64,000 nucleotides of DNA from an uncultured Candidatus Saccharibacteria bacterium (lineage in GTDB: Bacteria > Patescibacteriota > Minisyncoccia > Phycocordibacterales > SBAW01), in NCBI GenBank assembly GCA_964420015.1, contig CAYQPO010000002.1:74121-138120 (forward strand). The letters are read 5' to 3'. Below are positions 44,244 through 55,330 of this stretch, one piece after another. Position 1 is the stretch's first letter; the number at the start of each line of letters is the position of its first letter. The notes under the pieces were generated by a model. The model searched no databases and was not told the DNA's origin. It saw nothing but the letters and a program-made list of their open reading frames with translations. The position numbers and the translations under genes were made by a program.

Positions 44244-46127
44244 CTACATCCCCAAGACCACCGGGATCACGAGTGGGCGTTTGTTAGTTTTCTCAAAGAG
44301 GAAGCGTGCAACTGCATCGGTGACGTTTGTTTTGGCCATGTCGAAGTTGATTGGGTTTTGATTGCGGGTAGAGTCCTCGATCGTCTTTTTTACAATGATG
44401 CGGGCTTGCTGCAGGAGCTCTTGGTTCTCGCGCAGGTATACAAAGCCGCGAGAAATAATGTCTGGGCTTTTGCGGAGTTTTCCAGTCTTGGGATTGACTG
44501 TTGCGATGATCACAAACATGCCCTCTTGGGCGAGCACAGTCCTGTCGCGGATCACCACTTCTTGAATGTCCCCAATAGAGAAGCCATCTACCAAGCGCAA
44601 AGAATTGGGGGCCGACTCTTTGAGCCGCACAAGCTTTTGCCCTTCGTCTTGGATCTCAATCACCGTGCCGTTGTCGGGCACTACGATCTCATCTTCTTGT
44701 CTGCCACAGGCTTTGGCGATGTCTGCGTGGACGCGCAGCATGTAGTGGTAGCCGTGCAGCGGCATAAAGAAGCGCGGGTTTATCTTGCTATGGATCCAAA
44801 AGGTCTCATCGCGGTTGGCGTGGCCCGAGGCGTGCACGTCCATTTGCTCGCGGTGGATGATGCGTGCGCCTTGGCGAGAAAGGTTATCTTTGAGTTTTTG
44901 TACCGCTCTTTCGTTGCCGGGTATTACCGAAGAGGAGAGCACGATCGTGTCGCCCTTTTTAATCTTGACGTATTTGTGCGTCTTCATGGCGATCCGCATG
45001 AGCGCGGCAAACTCATCGCCTTGTGCACCGGTCGCAAGAATAAGTACCTTGGTGTCGGGGAGTTGCTCAAGCTGTTCGGGGCCGATAAAGGTTTTTTCTT
45101 GCACCTTGAGCAGCCCTAAGTGCTTGACGATCTCAATGTTGACCTTCATTGAGCGGCCCTCAACCAAAATCTTGCGCCCTACCTTTTCGGCGCTCTCGAT
45201 GATGCGCATCAGACGCTCAAGTTGTGAGGAGAAGGTCCCGATGATGAGCCGGCCGGGGGTAGTCTTGATGACCTCATCCATGGTTTTGGTGACTACGCGC
45301 TCGGGGATAGAAAAGCCGGGCTTTTCACAATTAGTCGAGTCGGCGGCCAAAAAGAGTACTTTTTTATTTTTAAAGAAGGCAAACTCTTTTTCCTCGGCCT
45401 CGGTGGGTACGCCATCGACGTGGTCGAGCTTAAGATCGCCGGTAAACACCACTAACCCGTGTGGTGTCTCGATGATGATGCCCATCGAGTCGGGAATGGT
45501 GTGCGTTACTTCAAAAAAGCGTACGCGCAAGTCGCCTACCTTAATAGTGTCCTCCTTCTCGACCTCGTGGATGTCGAGGGGCTTGAGGTTGGGGAACTCC
45601 TCTTGGCGCTTGCGGATCATCACCGCGGTTAATTTGCGGGTGTAGATCGGCGGGTAGCCCATGCGATCGATGCAGTAGGGGATGCCGCCAATGTGGTCGA
45701 GATGGCCGTGGGTGATAAAGAGCGCGCGCATCCTGTCGCGACGCTCTTCGATGTATTTGGTGTTGGGCAAAATGTAGTCGATTCCTGGCGTGTTGTCCTC
45801 GCGAAATTGAAACCCGCAGTCGATCGCAATGATATCGTCGCCATATTCGACCAGGGTCATATTCCGGCCGATTTCCTCTACGCCTCCGAGTGGAATGATG
45901 CGGATGTTGCCTTCCTGCAGCGGTGGGATGGGCTTCTCGTCGCCGTTTAGGGTCGGCGTCACATCGGGGATTCCGCGCATTGGGTGCGGCTGATGGGGTT
46001 TTGGTCCGCCGTGGCGGACGCGGCCGCGGCCGTGCGAGCGTAGGGCGCCCCCGCGCCCCACGCCACGAAAGCCCCTGTTTTTGCCCCCACCTGGTCTTGC
46101 GGATGCGGGTATTTTTGGTTGATCCAT
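44244..46127 (-). CDS. rnj: Ribonuclease J (metallo-beta-lactamase/beta-CASP) with an Arg/Gly-rich N-terminal extension
   Basis: HGHLDHIGGIPY motif, beta-CASP and C-terminal domains. The first ~55 aa are RGG/RGR-rich. Confidence 0.9.
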   Translation of the reverse strand: MDQPKIPASARPGGGKNRGFRGVGRGGALRSHGRGRVRHGGPKPHQPHPMRGIPDVTPTLNGDEKPIPPLQEGNIRIIPLGGVEEIGRNMTLVEYGDDIIAIDCGFQFREDNTPGIDYILPNTKYIEERRDRMRALFITHGHLDHIGGIPYCIDRMGYPPIYTRKLTAVMIRKRQEEFPNLKPLDIHEVEKEDTIKVGDLRVRFFEVTHTIPDSMGIIIETPHGLVVFTGDLKLDHVDGVPTEAEEKEFAFFKNKKVLFLAADSTNCEKPGFSIPERVVTKTMDEVIKTTPGRLIIGTFSSQLERLMRIIESAEKVGRKILVEGRSMKVNIEIVKHLGLLKVQEKTFIGPEQLEQLPDTKVLILATGAQGDEFAALMRIAMKTHKYVKIKKGDTIVLSSSVIPGNERAVQKLKDNLSRQGARIIHREQMDVHASGHANRDETFWIHSKINPRFFMPLHGYHYMLRVHADIAKACGRQEDEIVVPDNGTVIEIQDEGQKLVRLKESAPNSLRLVDGFSIGDIQEVVIRDRTVLAQEGMFVIIATVNPKTGKLRKSPDIISRGFVYLRENQELLQQARIIVKKTIEDSTRNQNPINFDMAKTNVTDAVARFLFEKTNKRPLVIPVVLGM

Positions 46128-46136
46128 AAAGATTAA

Positions 46137-47930
46137 TTACTGAGTAGTACGTACAAACCACGGCCATACTCGCTCCTGCTCCCGGTGCCACTGCGGGATG
46201 CTCAAAAAGCGATCGCTTGGGGTCTCGATAAAACCCAAATCAACACCCGAGATGTCGTTAGGGATACTATACACGAAGTTGGGCGCATAGAGAAATACGG
46301 CAGGAATATCTTTGTTCAACTCTCCCACGAGCGTGGTGAGGAGCTGTTGGCGTTCTTCTTTGTTGTCGGTGGTGCGAAGCGAAGTGAGCGCTTTGTCGGC
46401 TACCGCGTTGGCGTAGCCTGCAATATTGAGACCCGGGTCGTTGCGCTGACTCGAGTTCCAAAATGCGAACAGGTCAAGCTCGCGACCTACCACCTCGCCA
46501 AAAAGGAGCGCGTCGTACTTACGCGGGCGGATCACGTTTTGTGCTAGGTCGCCCTGCTCAAAGATCTTTACATTTACCCGCGCGCCCACTTTGCCCCATA
46601 CTATGCGCAAGTACTCGGCCGCTGCTCTAAGCTCGGGCACGTCGGCAGTTGCGAGATCAAACGTCAGCGGTACGGTAGTGGCTTTGCTGCCGGTGCCAGA
46701 GGTTTTTTGTAGGATGCCGTCGGGGCCCTCCTTCCACCCCGCGTCAAGCAGACTCTGACGCGCCGCCGAAATAAGTGCGTCTTGACTTGAGCTCGCTTGA
46801 CCTGTGGCGGGTGCAAGCAGAGTAGGCGGCACGGGGGTGGTAAGCGGTGTGCCGAAACCCCCTAAGACCTGGTCGACCAGCGCTTGGCGCTCAATCGAGG
46901 AGTTGAGCGCTGCTCGTGCGGTTTTGTCGCGCAGGACCACCGACTGATTTTGGTTGAAAAAAACTCCAAACACGCGGTTAAGTGGCGCGGTTTTAATGCT
47001 GCTGGTGTTCAGCTGTGTGAGGTTGGCTGGCGAGATGCCGCTCCCCGAGTCGACGTCGCCGCGCTGTAGTGCGCTGATCAGATCATTTTCGCTCGAGTAA
47101 AAATGGAACACTACTGCATCGAGATAAGGTTGGCCAAGTGCGTAGTTTTTAAACGAATGCAGCGTGTAGACTTGCGGGATCCCCGAGGAGCTGCGCGAGA
47201 CACCACGGAGCATATAGGGCCCCGAGCCGACCGGCTCTTGGTTGAGGTTAGAGAAGGGGAACTCTTCGTCCGAGACACCCTGCCAGAGTTCTTTGGGCAA
47301 GATACCCACGGTGAGATTTTCGATAAATGGAGCGTAGGGTTGTTTGAGGAGGAATTGTACTGTGTGCGCGTCGAGCGCTGAGACTTGCACGCCGTCCCAG
47401 TTGGCGCGCAGCGGCGACTTGAGTGCGGGGTCTTGAGCCTTTTGCACCGTATAGAGTACGTCGTCTGCCTCGACTGGAGAGCCGTCATGAAAGGTCGCAT
47501 CGGGTCGCAGCACAAAAGTGTAGGTCCTACCGTCGGGGGAGACTGAGTACTCTTTAGCCAAATCGGGTTCGTAGCTGCCTTCGGGGGTAGCGCGCAAAAG
47601 CCCTGAGTACACAAGGGCGACCGTGTCGCGGTCGGCGTCTGAGATTGCGAGAATAGGATTGATGAAGCGAGGGCTGCCGATGACCCCTTCGTCTAAACTA
47701 CCGCCATAAGCGGGAGTGCTTACAACCAAATTTTGCTCAAGTAAGTAGAGGAGCCCTGCGGAGCTAACGACAAGCAAGGCACTAAAAACTAAAAAGAGCG
47801 TTCGGCCGCCGCGACCGAGCTGCAAAACAGTTTCTTGAGCGGTGTCTAAAAACGAGACACGCATGTTGCGCTGCAGGCTCTGCCAGAGATTTTTCATTCT
47901 AGGATAAATGTAATTGCAAACAGAAGACAA
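46137..47930 (-). CDS. ABC transporter substrate-binding protein, family 5 (peptide/nickel type), orphan
   Basis: N-terminal TM/signal and the SBP_bac_5 fold pattern. No adjacent permease or ATPase genes. Confidence 0.75.
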   Translation of the reverse strand: MSSVCNYIYPRMKNLWQSLQRNMRVSFLDTAQETVLQLGRGGRTLFLVFSALLVVSSAGLLYLLEQNLVVSTPAYGGSLDEGVIGSPRFINPILAISDADRDTVALVYSGLLRATPEGSYEPDLAKEYSVSPDGRTYTFVLRPDATFHDGSPVEADDVLYTVQKAQDPALKSPLRANWDGVQVSALDAHTVQFLLKQPYAPFIENLTVGILPKELWQGVSDEEFPFSNLNQEPVGSGPYMLRGVSRSSSGIPQVYTLHSFKNYALGQPYLDAVVFHFYSSENDLISALQRGDVDSGSGISPANLTQLNTSSIKTAPLNRVFGVFFNQNQSVVLRDKTARAALNSSIERQALVDQVLGGFGTPLTTPVPPTLLAPATGQASSSQDALISAARQSLLDAGWKEGPDGILQKTSGTGSKATTVPLTFDLATADVPELRAAAEYLRIVWGKVGARVNVKIFEQGDLAQNVIRPRKYDALLFGEVVGRELDLFAFWNSSQRNDPGLNIAGYANAVADKALTSLRTTDNKEERQQLLTTLVGELNKDIPAVFLYAPNFVYSIPNDISGVDLGFIETPSDRFLSIPQWHREQERVWPWFVRTTQ

Positions 47931-47969
47931 AAAACGCGGAGGCGTTTGTGGTCTTGTGTCTGAGATCAG

Positions 47970-48200
47970 CTATTTCAAGACGAGTGCCACAAAAGCGCTC
48001 GCAGCAAACAGTACGCCGAAGATGACGGTCGCCCAAAACAAGTAGAGCTCCGAGCCGCGGCGCGTGTGGTAGCCGGCAGAGAAATTGTCACCACCAAAGG
48101 CCCCACCGAGTGAGGCGCCCGTTTGTTGCAAGAGCACGCAGGCCACCAAAAGGACCGCGAGCACTACTTGGATATAGGGCAGAGCCCCTACGAACGTCAT
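47970..48200 (-). CDS. secG: Preprotein translocase subunit SecG (start at internal Met)
   Basis: Two TM helices flanking a Gly-rich loop: LLQQTGASLGGAFGGDNFSAGYHTRRGSE. Confidence 0.7.
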   Translation of the reverse strand: MTFVGALPYIQVVLAVLLVACVLLQQTGASLGGAFGGDNFSAGYHTRRGSELYLFWATVIFGVLFAASAFVALVLK

Positions 48201-48278
48201 TAGAGGGCAGTATACAAAAACCCCGTCCCAACCGCAAGCGGCTAAGACGGGGTTCTGCATTTCGGCGCTCGGCGCGGG

Positions 48279-48812
48279 TTAGCGCCGGGCGTAGCGGTGG
48301 CGGGCCTTTTTCTTGGCCTGCCGCTCGGTCGAGCAACGCCAGAAGGCCTGACCGCTGACCGGCAGTTTGAAGTGCAGGTTCGCCGGCCGGCCGGTCACTG
48401 CGACCGTGACGAGGCAGAGGTCGATGATATCGAGCTTTGCCTGCTCTGCCGACGGCAGTTCGGCGAACCGCGAGCCGCCATGATGGTAGCTCTGGTAGCT
48501 CGGTTGCGGCCCAGTGAGGGACGCCCAGTTGCCGTTTTGGTCGACGAGCGACGAGCGGTTGTGATAGCCAGAGCTCGGCTGCAGCCCGGCTGACGGTGGA
48601 TGGTCAGTCAGGTCGATGACATAGGCGCCGTCATTGCCCTGCAGTCTGACCGGTGCATAACTGTCGGCGACGCTCGGCATCACCGGCTGCTGTTTGGCGA
48701 CGATCTGGTAGTTCTTGTTAAGACCTTCGACGGTTGCCAGCGTGGCTGCGCCGAAGGCCGTCGAGAGGAGGATTGTCAAAGTAAAATGTCCTCTCGAAAT
48801 ACTCATCATCAT
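48279..48812 (-). CDS. Secreted hypothetical protein with C-terminal basic tail
   Basis: An AAGGAG SD lies 6 nt upstream of MMMSISRGHF...ATLA (signal peptide). The track ORF extends 27 codons further upstream. Confidence 0.55.
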   Translation of the reverse strand: MMMSISRGHFTLTILLSTAFGAATLATVEGLNKNYQIVAKQQPVMPSVADSYAPVRLQGNDGAYVIDLTDHPPSAGLQPSSGYHNRSSLVDQNGNWASLTGPQPSYQSYHHGGSRFAELPSAEQAKLDIIDLCLVTVAVTGRPANLHFKLPVSGQAFWRCSTERQAKKKARHRYARR

Positions 48813-48943
48813 TTCGTTGCTCCTTTGTTTTGCCGCGGGATTGCGGCAGCAGTTACCGTCTGCAACTATATACCATAAGTACCGTTTTGTCAATAGCTAG
48901 AAACCTTGACCCAGCAGAGCTTTTTGGCTAGATTTTATGGACT

Positions 48944-49300
48944 ATGGCAAAGAAAAAAGCTAAGAAACAGGGGAAAAAAGCCGCCAAATCTAGTGCGAAA
49001 GCAAGCAAAAAAGCTATGCTTGGACAACCCTACGGCGACCGCGTGTTGGTTAAGCCGACCGCGGCTGAAGAGATGACCAGCTTTGGCCTCATCATCCCCG
49101 ACAACTCTAAAGAAAAGCCCGAGCAGGGCGTGGTGGTAGCCATCGGCCCAGGGAAGAAAAACGACGAAGGCAAACTGATCCCGGTTGGGGTCAAGGTGGG
49201 CGACAAGATTATGTTTAGCAAATATGGATACGATGAGGTCAAAATCAACGGCAGCGAATATTATCTAATCCGCGAAGAGAGCATTACCTACGTTTTCTAA
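48944..49300 (+). CDS. groES: Co-chaperonin GroES (possibly starting at internal Met 49016; the ORF as called carries a 24-aa Lys-rich N-extension)
   Basis: MLGQPYGDRVLVKP...IIPD...GVVVAIGPG...GDKIMFSKYG...YYLIREESI. Confidence 0.85.
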   Translation: MAKKKAKKQGKKAAKSSAKASKKAMLGQPYGDRVLVKPTAAEEMTSFGLIIPDNSKEKPEQGVVVAIGPGKKNDEGKLIPVGVKVGDKIMFSKYGYDEVKINGSEYYLIREESITYVF

Positions 49301-49315
49301 TTTTCTGATTTCTAG

Positions 49316-50956
<1,641 letters not shown>

Positions 50957-51012
50957 CCCCGGCCTGCCGGCAAGCAGGCTTGCGCTCTTCGTAGAACTGC
51001 TATACTAACGGC

Positions 51013-51579
51013 ATGATTGTCCTCTCGATAATCGTCGCAGTTGCGATACTCTTTTTGCTCTGGGTGATCGCCTCGTACAACCACTTTGTGCGCATGGTAC
51101 AGCGCTCTAAAGAAGCGTGGGCCGACATCGACGTGCAGCTCAAGCGCCGCTACGATTTGATCCCCAACTTGGTTGAGACGGTCAAGGGATACGTCACCCA
51201 CGAAAGGCAGGCTTTTGAAAATGTTACCGCCGCGCGCGCTCGCGCGATGGACGCCGGTGGGATAGAGGAGAAGGGCAAGGCAGAGAATGCTCTGAGCAGC
51301 ACACTCAAGACACTCTTTGCAGTTGCCGAGGCCTATCCCGATCTTAAGGCCAATCAAAACTTTCTTGAGCTCCAGCGCGAGTTGACCGACACCGAGGACA
51401 AGATCCAGGCGGCGCGCCGCTTCTACAACGGCAATGTGCGCGACTTGAACACCGCCCTAGCGAGTTTCCCCGGCAGTCTTATTGCAGAACTCTTTCGGTT
51501 TGAACCGCGCGAGTTTTTTGAGCTTGGCGACTCGGCCGAGGATCAGGCTGCGCGCAATCCGGTTAAGGTGCAGTTCTAA
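51013..51579 (+). CDS. lemA: LemA family protein
   Basis: N-terminal TM followed by NHFVRMVQRSKEAWADIDVQLKRRYDLIPNLVETVKGY. It is co-located with htpX. Confidence 0.85.
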   Translation: MIVLSIIVAVAILFLLWVIASYNHFVRMVQRSKEAWADIDVQLKRRYDLIPNLVETVKGYVTHERQAFENVTAARARAMDAGGIEEKGKAENALSSTLKTLFAVAEAYPDLKANQNFLELQRELTDTEDKIQAARRFYNGNVRDLNTALASFPGSLIAELFRFEPREFFELGDSAEDQAARNPVKVQF

Positions 51580-51581
51580 CA

Positions 51582-52073
51582 ATGGCGGGCAACTACACGC
51601 TCTTTGAGGTAGTAATAACCGCCATCATCCAGCGCGAGGACAAAAAATATTTGGTGACCCGTCGCTCGATGAGCAAAAAGCGCTTCCCCGGCAACTGGAC
51701 CGTGCCCGGTGGTCACTTAGAGCCGGCTGACTTTATGAGCTATCCGAAAGACACCGAGCACTATTGGTACAATGTCTTGGAAAAGGCGCTGGTGCGAGAG
51801 ATAAAAGAGGAAGTGGGCGTCGATATTAAAAATGTCTGGTATCTGACTTCGCTTGCGACGGAGCACAAAGACGGCGCGGCCTCGATCGTGATCTCGTGTG
51901 TTGCCGACTATGTAGGCGGCGAAGTGAAGCTCCAAGTGGAGGAAAACGATGCATACGACTGGGTTTCTACCAAGGAGGCTGCCAGACTGCCGCTCATTGA
52001 CGGCATTCTCGACGAGTTTAAAATGGTCGATGCTATCCGCGCGGGCAAAGGCTACGAGTGGAAGCGCCACTAA
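51582..52073 (+). CDS. NUDIX hydrolase
   Basis: Nudix box GGHLEPADF...LVREIKEEVGV. Confidence 0.8.
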   Translation: MAGNYTLFEVVITAIIQREDKKYLVTRRSMSKKRFPGNWTVPGGHLEPADFMSYPKDTEHYWYNVLEKALVREIKEEVGVDIKNVWYLTSLATEHKDGAASIVISCVADYVGGEVKLQVEENDAYDWVSTKEAARLPLIDGILDEFKMVDAIRAGKGYEWKRH

Positions 52074-52960
52074 TGGCAACCCTCTACACCCACCAAGACG
52101 AAAATATCGCTAAGACCTGGATTTTGATGGCCGGGTTTTTTGGTGTGGTGGTGGCGATTGGCTGGGCGCTGAGCTACTACTTTAATAACCCGGGTATTTT
52201 GGTTTTTGCGGTGCTCTTTGCCTTAATCACCAACATCTGGGCATATTGGTCGTCAGACAAGGTGGTGATCGCTATGGCAGGGGCCAAACCTGCTGACGCC
52301 AAGGAGTATCCCGAGTTGCACACATTGGTCGAAAACCTAGCTATCACTGCGGGGCTCCCTAAACCAAAGCTCTACATCATCAACGACCCTGCACCCAACG
52401 CATTTGCCACGGGGCGCAATAAAGAGCACGCTGCGATCGCAGTCACCACGGGGCTTTTGCAGATGATGGATAAAAACGAACTCCAGGGCGTCCTCGCCCA
52501 CGAGCTCTCGCATGTGGGCAACCGCGACATGCTGGTCTCAACCATTGCGGTAGTGCTGGTGGGGTTTGTCACGCTTGCGAGCGACTTTTTTCTACGCAGT
52601 ACATTTTGGGGCGGGGGCAGAGATAGGGAAGAGCGGGGTAATCCTATCCTCATGATCGTTGCGGTCGTGTTGATTATTTTGGCGCCTATCGTAGCAACAC
52701 TCTTGCAGCTCGCAATCTCGCGCAAGCGCGAGTTTTTGGCCGATGCTTCGGGGGCGCTGCTCACGCGCTACCCCGAAGGGCTCGCGAATGCCTTGCGCAA
52801 AATAGGGAGCTACCAAGCGCCCATGCGCACGGCCAACAACGCGACCGCGCACCTCTACATCTCGAACCCCTTTGGCCCGCGCGCGGCTGCCTCGGGCATC
52901 GCAAGACTCTTTATGACCCACCCACCAATCGAGGAGCGGATCAAAGCGCTACTCAATTAG
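52073..52960 (+). CDS. htpX: M48 family zinc metalloprotease HtpX homolog
   Basis: HELSHVGNRD (HExxH) and the 4-TM topology. The TAATG overlap with the NUDIX stop is the preferred start. Confidence 0.85.
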   Translation: MATLYTHQDENIAKTWILMAGFFGVVVAIGWALSYYFNNPGILVFAVLFALITNIWAYWSSDKVVIAMAGAKPADAKEYPELHTLVENLAITAGLPKPKLYIINDPAPNAFATGRNKEHAAIAVTTGLLQMMDKNELQGVLAHELSHVGNRDMLVSTIAVVLVGFVTLASDFFLRSTFWGGGRDREERGNPILMIVAVVLIILAPIVATLLQLAISRKREFLADASGALLTRYPEGLANALRKIGSYQAPMRTANNATAHLYISNPFGPRAAASGIARLFMTHPPIEERIKALLN

Positions 52961-52994
52961 CCTCAAAAATGGACGGACAGCTCCTCTGAGTGCA

Positions 52995-53210
52995 CTAAGA
53001 AAAATCTTCGGATGCAAGCTGTGATTGCCGCAGGATTGAGCGGAAAGTGCCATAAGGAATCTCTTTTTTGTTTGCGGGCACAATGGCCGTAAGCGTCGCG
53101 TTACCGCTCATCTTGCGGTATTTTATGTGACTTCCCTTTTGTGAGACAAAATAAAAGCCGTTCCTTTCGAGAACGGAGATAACTCGGTTCGAGGAATGCA
53201 ACCTCGGCAT
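52995..53210 (-). CDS. hicA: HicA toxin (YcfA-like mRNA interferase)
   Basis: VISVLERNGFYFVSQKGSHIKY is a HicA dsRBD-like motif. Confidence 0.8.
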   Translation of the reverse strand: MPRLHSSNRVISVLERNGFYFVSQKGSHIKYRKMSGNATLTAIVPANKKEIPYGTFRSILRQSQLASEDFS

Positions 53211-53213
53211 GGT

Positions 53214-53417
53214 CTAGAGCGAGACAATTTCTGGCTCCTCTACCGAAGAGGCGGAATCTTTTGGCGCATCTTCGAAATAGAGCTCGAGTGCCTCCTTAAG
53301 GTTGGCAAGAGCCTCTTTTTTAGTATTGCCAAAACTGGAGACATCCACATTCAAAGATTGAGCAACGTAATGTTTACCCTCTCTCCACACAACATTTTTA
53401 AGCTCCGCAATGGTCAT
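53214..53417 (-). CDS. hicB: HicB antitoxin (UPF0150 family)
   Basis: MTIAELKNVVWREGKHYVAQSLNVDVSSFGNTKKEALANLKEALELYFE. It lies 3 nt upstream of hicA. Confidence 0.7.
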   Translation of the reverse strand: MTIAELKNVVWREGKHYVAQSLNVDVSSFGNTKKEALANLKEALELYFEDAPKDSASSVEEPEIVSL

Positions 53418-53437
53418 ACGGCTAGTATAGCATATTG

Positions 53438-53483
53438 CTTGATCCTTACTCCAATCTTGAGAAAAAAGCAATCTTAGAGCAAT
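53438..53483. promoter_or_regulatory. Nested inverted repeats in the hicB / tRNA-Ser intergenic region (candidate HicB operator)
   Basis: CCAATCTTG-N27-CAAGATTGG enclosing caatctt-N13-aagattg. Confidence 0.3.
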
Positions 53484-53494
53484 ATAGCAAGATT

Positions 53495-53579
53495 GGAGGC
53501 GTCGCATAGTGGTCTAGTGCACCGCCTTGGAAAGGCGGCATACCGCAAGGTATCGTGAGTTCGAATCTCACCGCCTCCG
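53495..53579 (+). tRNA. tRNA-Ser (anticodon GGA), long variable arm
   Basis: Acceptor ggaggcg/cgcctcc, anticodon stem ccgcc/ggcgg, loop ttGGAaa, variable arm cataccgcaaggtatc, T-arm gtgagTTCGAAtctcac. Confidence 0.85.
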
Positions 53580-53693
53580 CAGGATTGAGCACGGTGTTTT
53601 GCGACCGATGCCCTATGGCGGTTGTGCGATCGATCGTAACGTCGGTGTTGGTAAGTTGCTTCGAAACCGGGAAGCTGTATTAAAGTTAGGGTT

Positions 53694-54470
53694 ATGAGTA
53701 GGGTCAATTTCATGTTTCTCGGCTCTTGGCTGCTGTTGCCGCCGATTGTCTTGATTGCTCTCCATGGTAATTTCTTAATTTCCATACTCCTGTACCTGAT
53801 GCTTCCGAGTATTTACTTTTCTGTAAAAAAACCAGAAATAATTCCCAGAGCGTCAAGCATGTCAATCGTGGCAACGCTGATAGGTTTCGTATTGGATTGG
53901 ATGGCGTTTTTCAACCACGCCTGGACAGTTTCGACCCTGTTTTCATTCAGAATCTTACACCTAGTGCCAGTTGAAGATTTCCTGTTTATATTTTTCGCCG
54001 CATACGTAGTAATCGCAGGCACCCATTTTTACTACCCCCAATTAAGCCCGAGAAAATTGGACGCGAAACGCTTCAAAAAAACAGGCACAGCCGTCTTTCT
54101 TTGCTTCCTGCTTTTTCTTGTAATTCAAGCAACCAAGCGGGACTTGCTATTGATTCCGTACTACGATGCGTGGTTGCTCTCCATAGCATTTATAATTCCA
54201 AGCGCGTTATTTCTTGCTTCTCATCCCTCGTCCTATACGCCATTACTCTTTATTGTCGGATTTCAGTTGGTCGCAATGCTCCCGTACGAACTTATTGCTG
54301 ACGCGCTTGGTTTTTGGACGTTCCCCGCGACTGACTACGTGGGGATGATCCACCTTTTGGGCCAGACATTTCCTACAGAGGAGTTTTTAGAATGGATGAT
54401 TTTCATGGTGCCTGCAGTCCTTGGCTTCAACTTGTTACTAGGAGGAAATTCAACAAGACACCCGCGCTAA
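53694..54470 (+). CDS. Lycopene cyclase domain-containing membrane protein (CrtYcd-like, two PxE(E/D)xxxF repeats), AT-rich gene
   Basis: LVPVEDFLFIFF and TFPTEEFLEWMIF motifs in a 7-TM protein. GC is ~42%. Confidence 0.6.
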   Translation: MSRVNFMFLGSWLLLPPIVLIALHGNFLISILLYLMLPSIYFSVKKPEIIPRASSMSIVATLIGFVLDWMAFFNHAWTVSTLFSFRILHLVPVEDFLFIFFAAYVVIAGTHFYYPQLSPRKLDAKRFKKTGTAVFLCFLLFLVIQATKRDLLLIPYYDAWLLSIAFIIPSALFLASHPSSYTPLLFIVGFQLVAMLPYELIADALGFWTFPATDYVGMIHLLGQTFPTEEFLEWMIFMVPAVLGFNLLLGGNSTRHPR

Positions 54471-54714
54471 TTGCGACCGTTCCCCCTCATTTTGCTGAGT
54501 TCGAAACTCGCCAGAAAACGCTTGTAATACTTGGCGGGCTTTGGTTCTAGACCGACCCTGCCCGCCAAACGGGTTTTTCTGGAGCGCTACCAAAAACGGG
54601 CACAAAAATCGGCTTGTTCCACTTGTCTCGGATAACTTGACAGAGTAGTATTTTGAATGTACACTGCAGGCAGGTTCAACATCCACTGACAAGCGCTGAA
54701 AGGACGCTCAAACC

Positions 54715-55113
54715 ATGATCGATTGCACCACTGAGGACGAGGAATCCTCTGATAAGGAAAACATTCAGAACTTCTTCGTTGGGGGGTTAATGCTCACATT
54801 GCCGTACCTCTTCGTCTGGTATTTGATAAAGGGCGGCAACTTCTTGACCACCTACATCTGGTATCTTGATGTGGCGCTGTATGCGGGTGGTGTCATCAGC
54901 GTTCTGACTGCCATCGCGCTCGCAGCCAAGAAGCGCTTTCCCGCGCTTTTTGAAAACCCGCCGAAATCGCCAGAATGGCTCGGCTTCGCAAGCGCAGGGG
55001 TTGCAGTCGTCGTGTCAACCGTCGGGGGATTCCTTGATGGCTGGCAAACGGGCCTGCTTCTCTTTTGGCCGTCTACCTTCTTCACTGCGTGTCTAATCGG
55101 TGGCTTTCACTGA
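54715..55113 (+). CDS. Hypothetical membrane protein (acidic N-terminus, 3 TM)
   Basis: Hydrophobic profile only. Confidence 0.45.
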   Translation: MIDCTTEDEESSDKENIQNFFVGGLMLTLPYLFVWYLIKGGNFLTTYIWYLDVALYAGGVISVLTAIALAAKKRFPALFENPPKSPEWLGFASAGVAVVVSTVGGFLDGWQTGLLLFWPSTFFTACLIGGFH

Positions 55114-55268
55114 TTGGCATATCAGGTAAAGCGTTGGTGGCTGAACTGGCGCGCATGAAATAGAACCGCCTGTCGCAGAAACCGTCTTAATGGTCTCTCG
55201 GCGAGGCGGTTTTCTGTTTGACATAGAATATGTGTTTCTAAGCGGGTATCAAAAACTAAGCCCCTGCC

Positions 55269-55288
55269 TCCGCCAGCTTTTTGCTATA
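55269..55288 (+). promoter_or_regulatory. TG-extended -10 promoter element (TTTTTGCTATACTTAAGCTA), twin of 33635
   Basis: Same 19-mer as at 33635. It lies ~45 nt upstream of the Met at 55331. Confidence 0.35.
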
Positions 55289-55330
55289 CTTAAGCTAGGT
55301 AGTTTTTATTATTTGTTTAGCAAGATTTTT

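Noticed and set aside
44214-45645. Plus-strand ORFs 44214..45119 and 44785..45645
   Set aside because: They are antisense to RNase J, which has clear catalytic motifs.
48944-49015. Lys-rich N-terminal extension of GroES as a definite feature
   Set aside because: The start cannot be resolved from sequence. The canonical GroES N-terminus begins at the internal Met, so it is reported only as an ambiguity.
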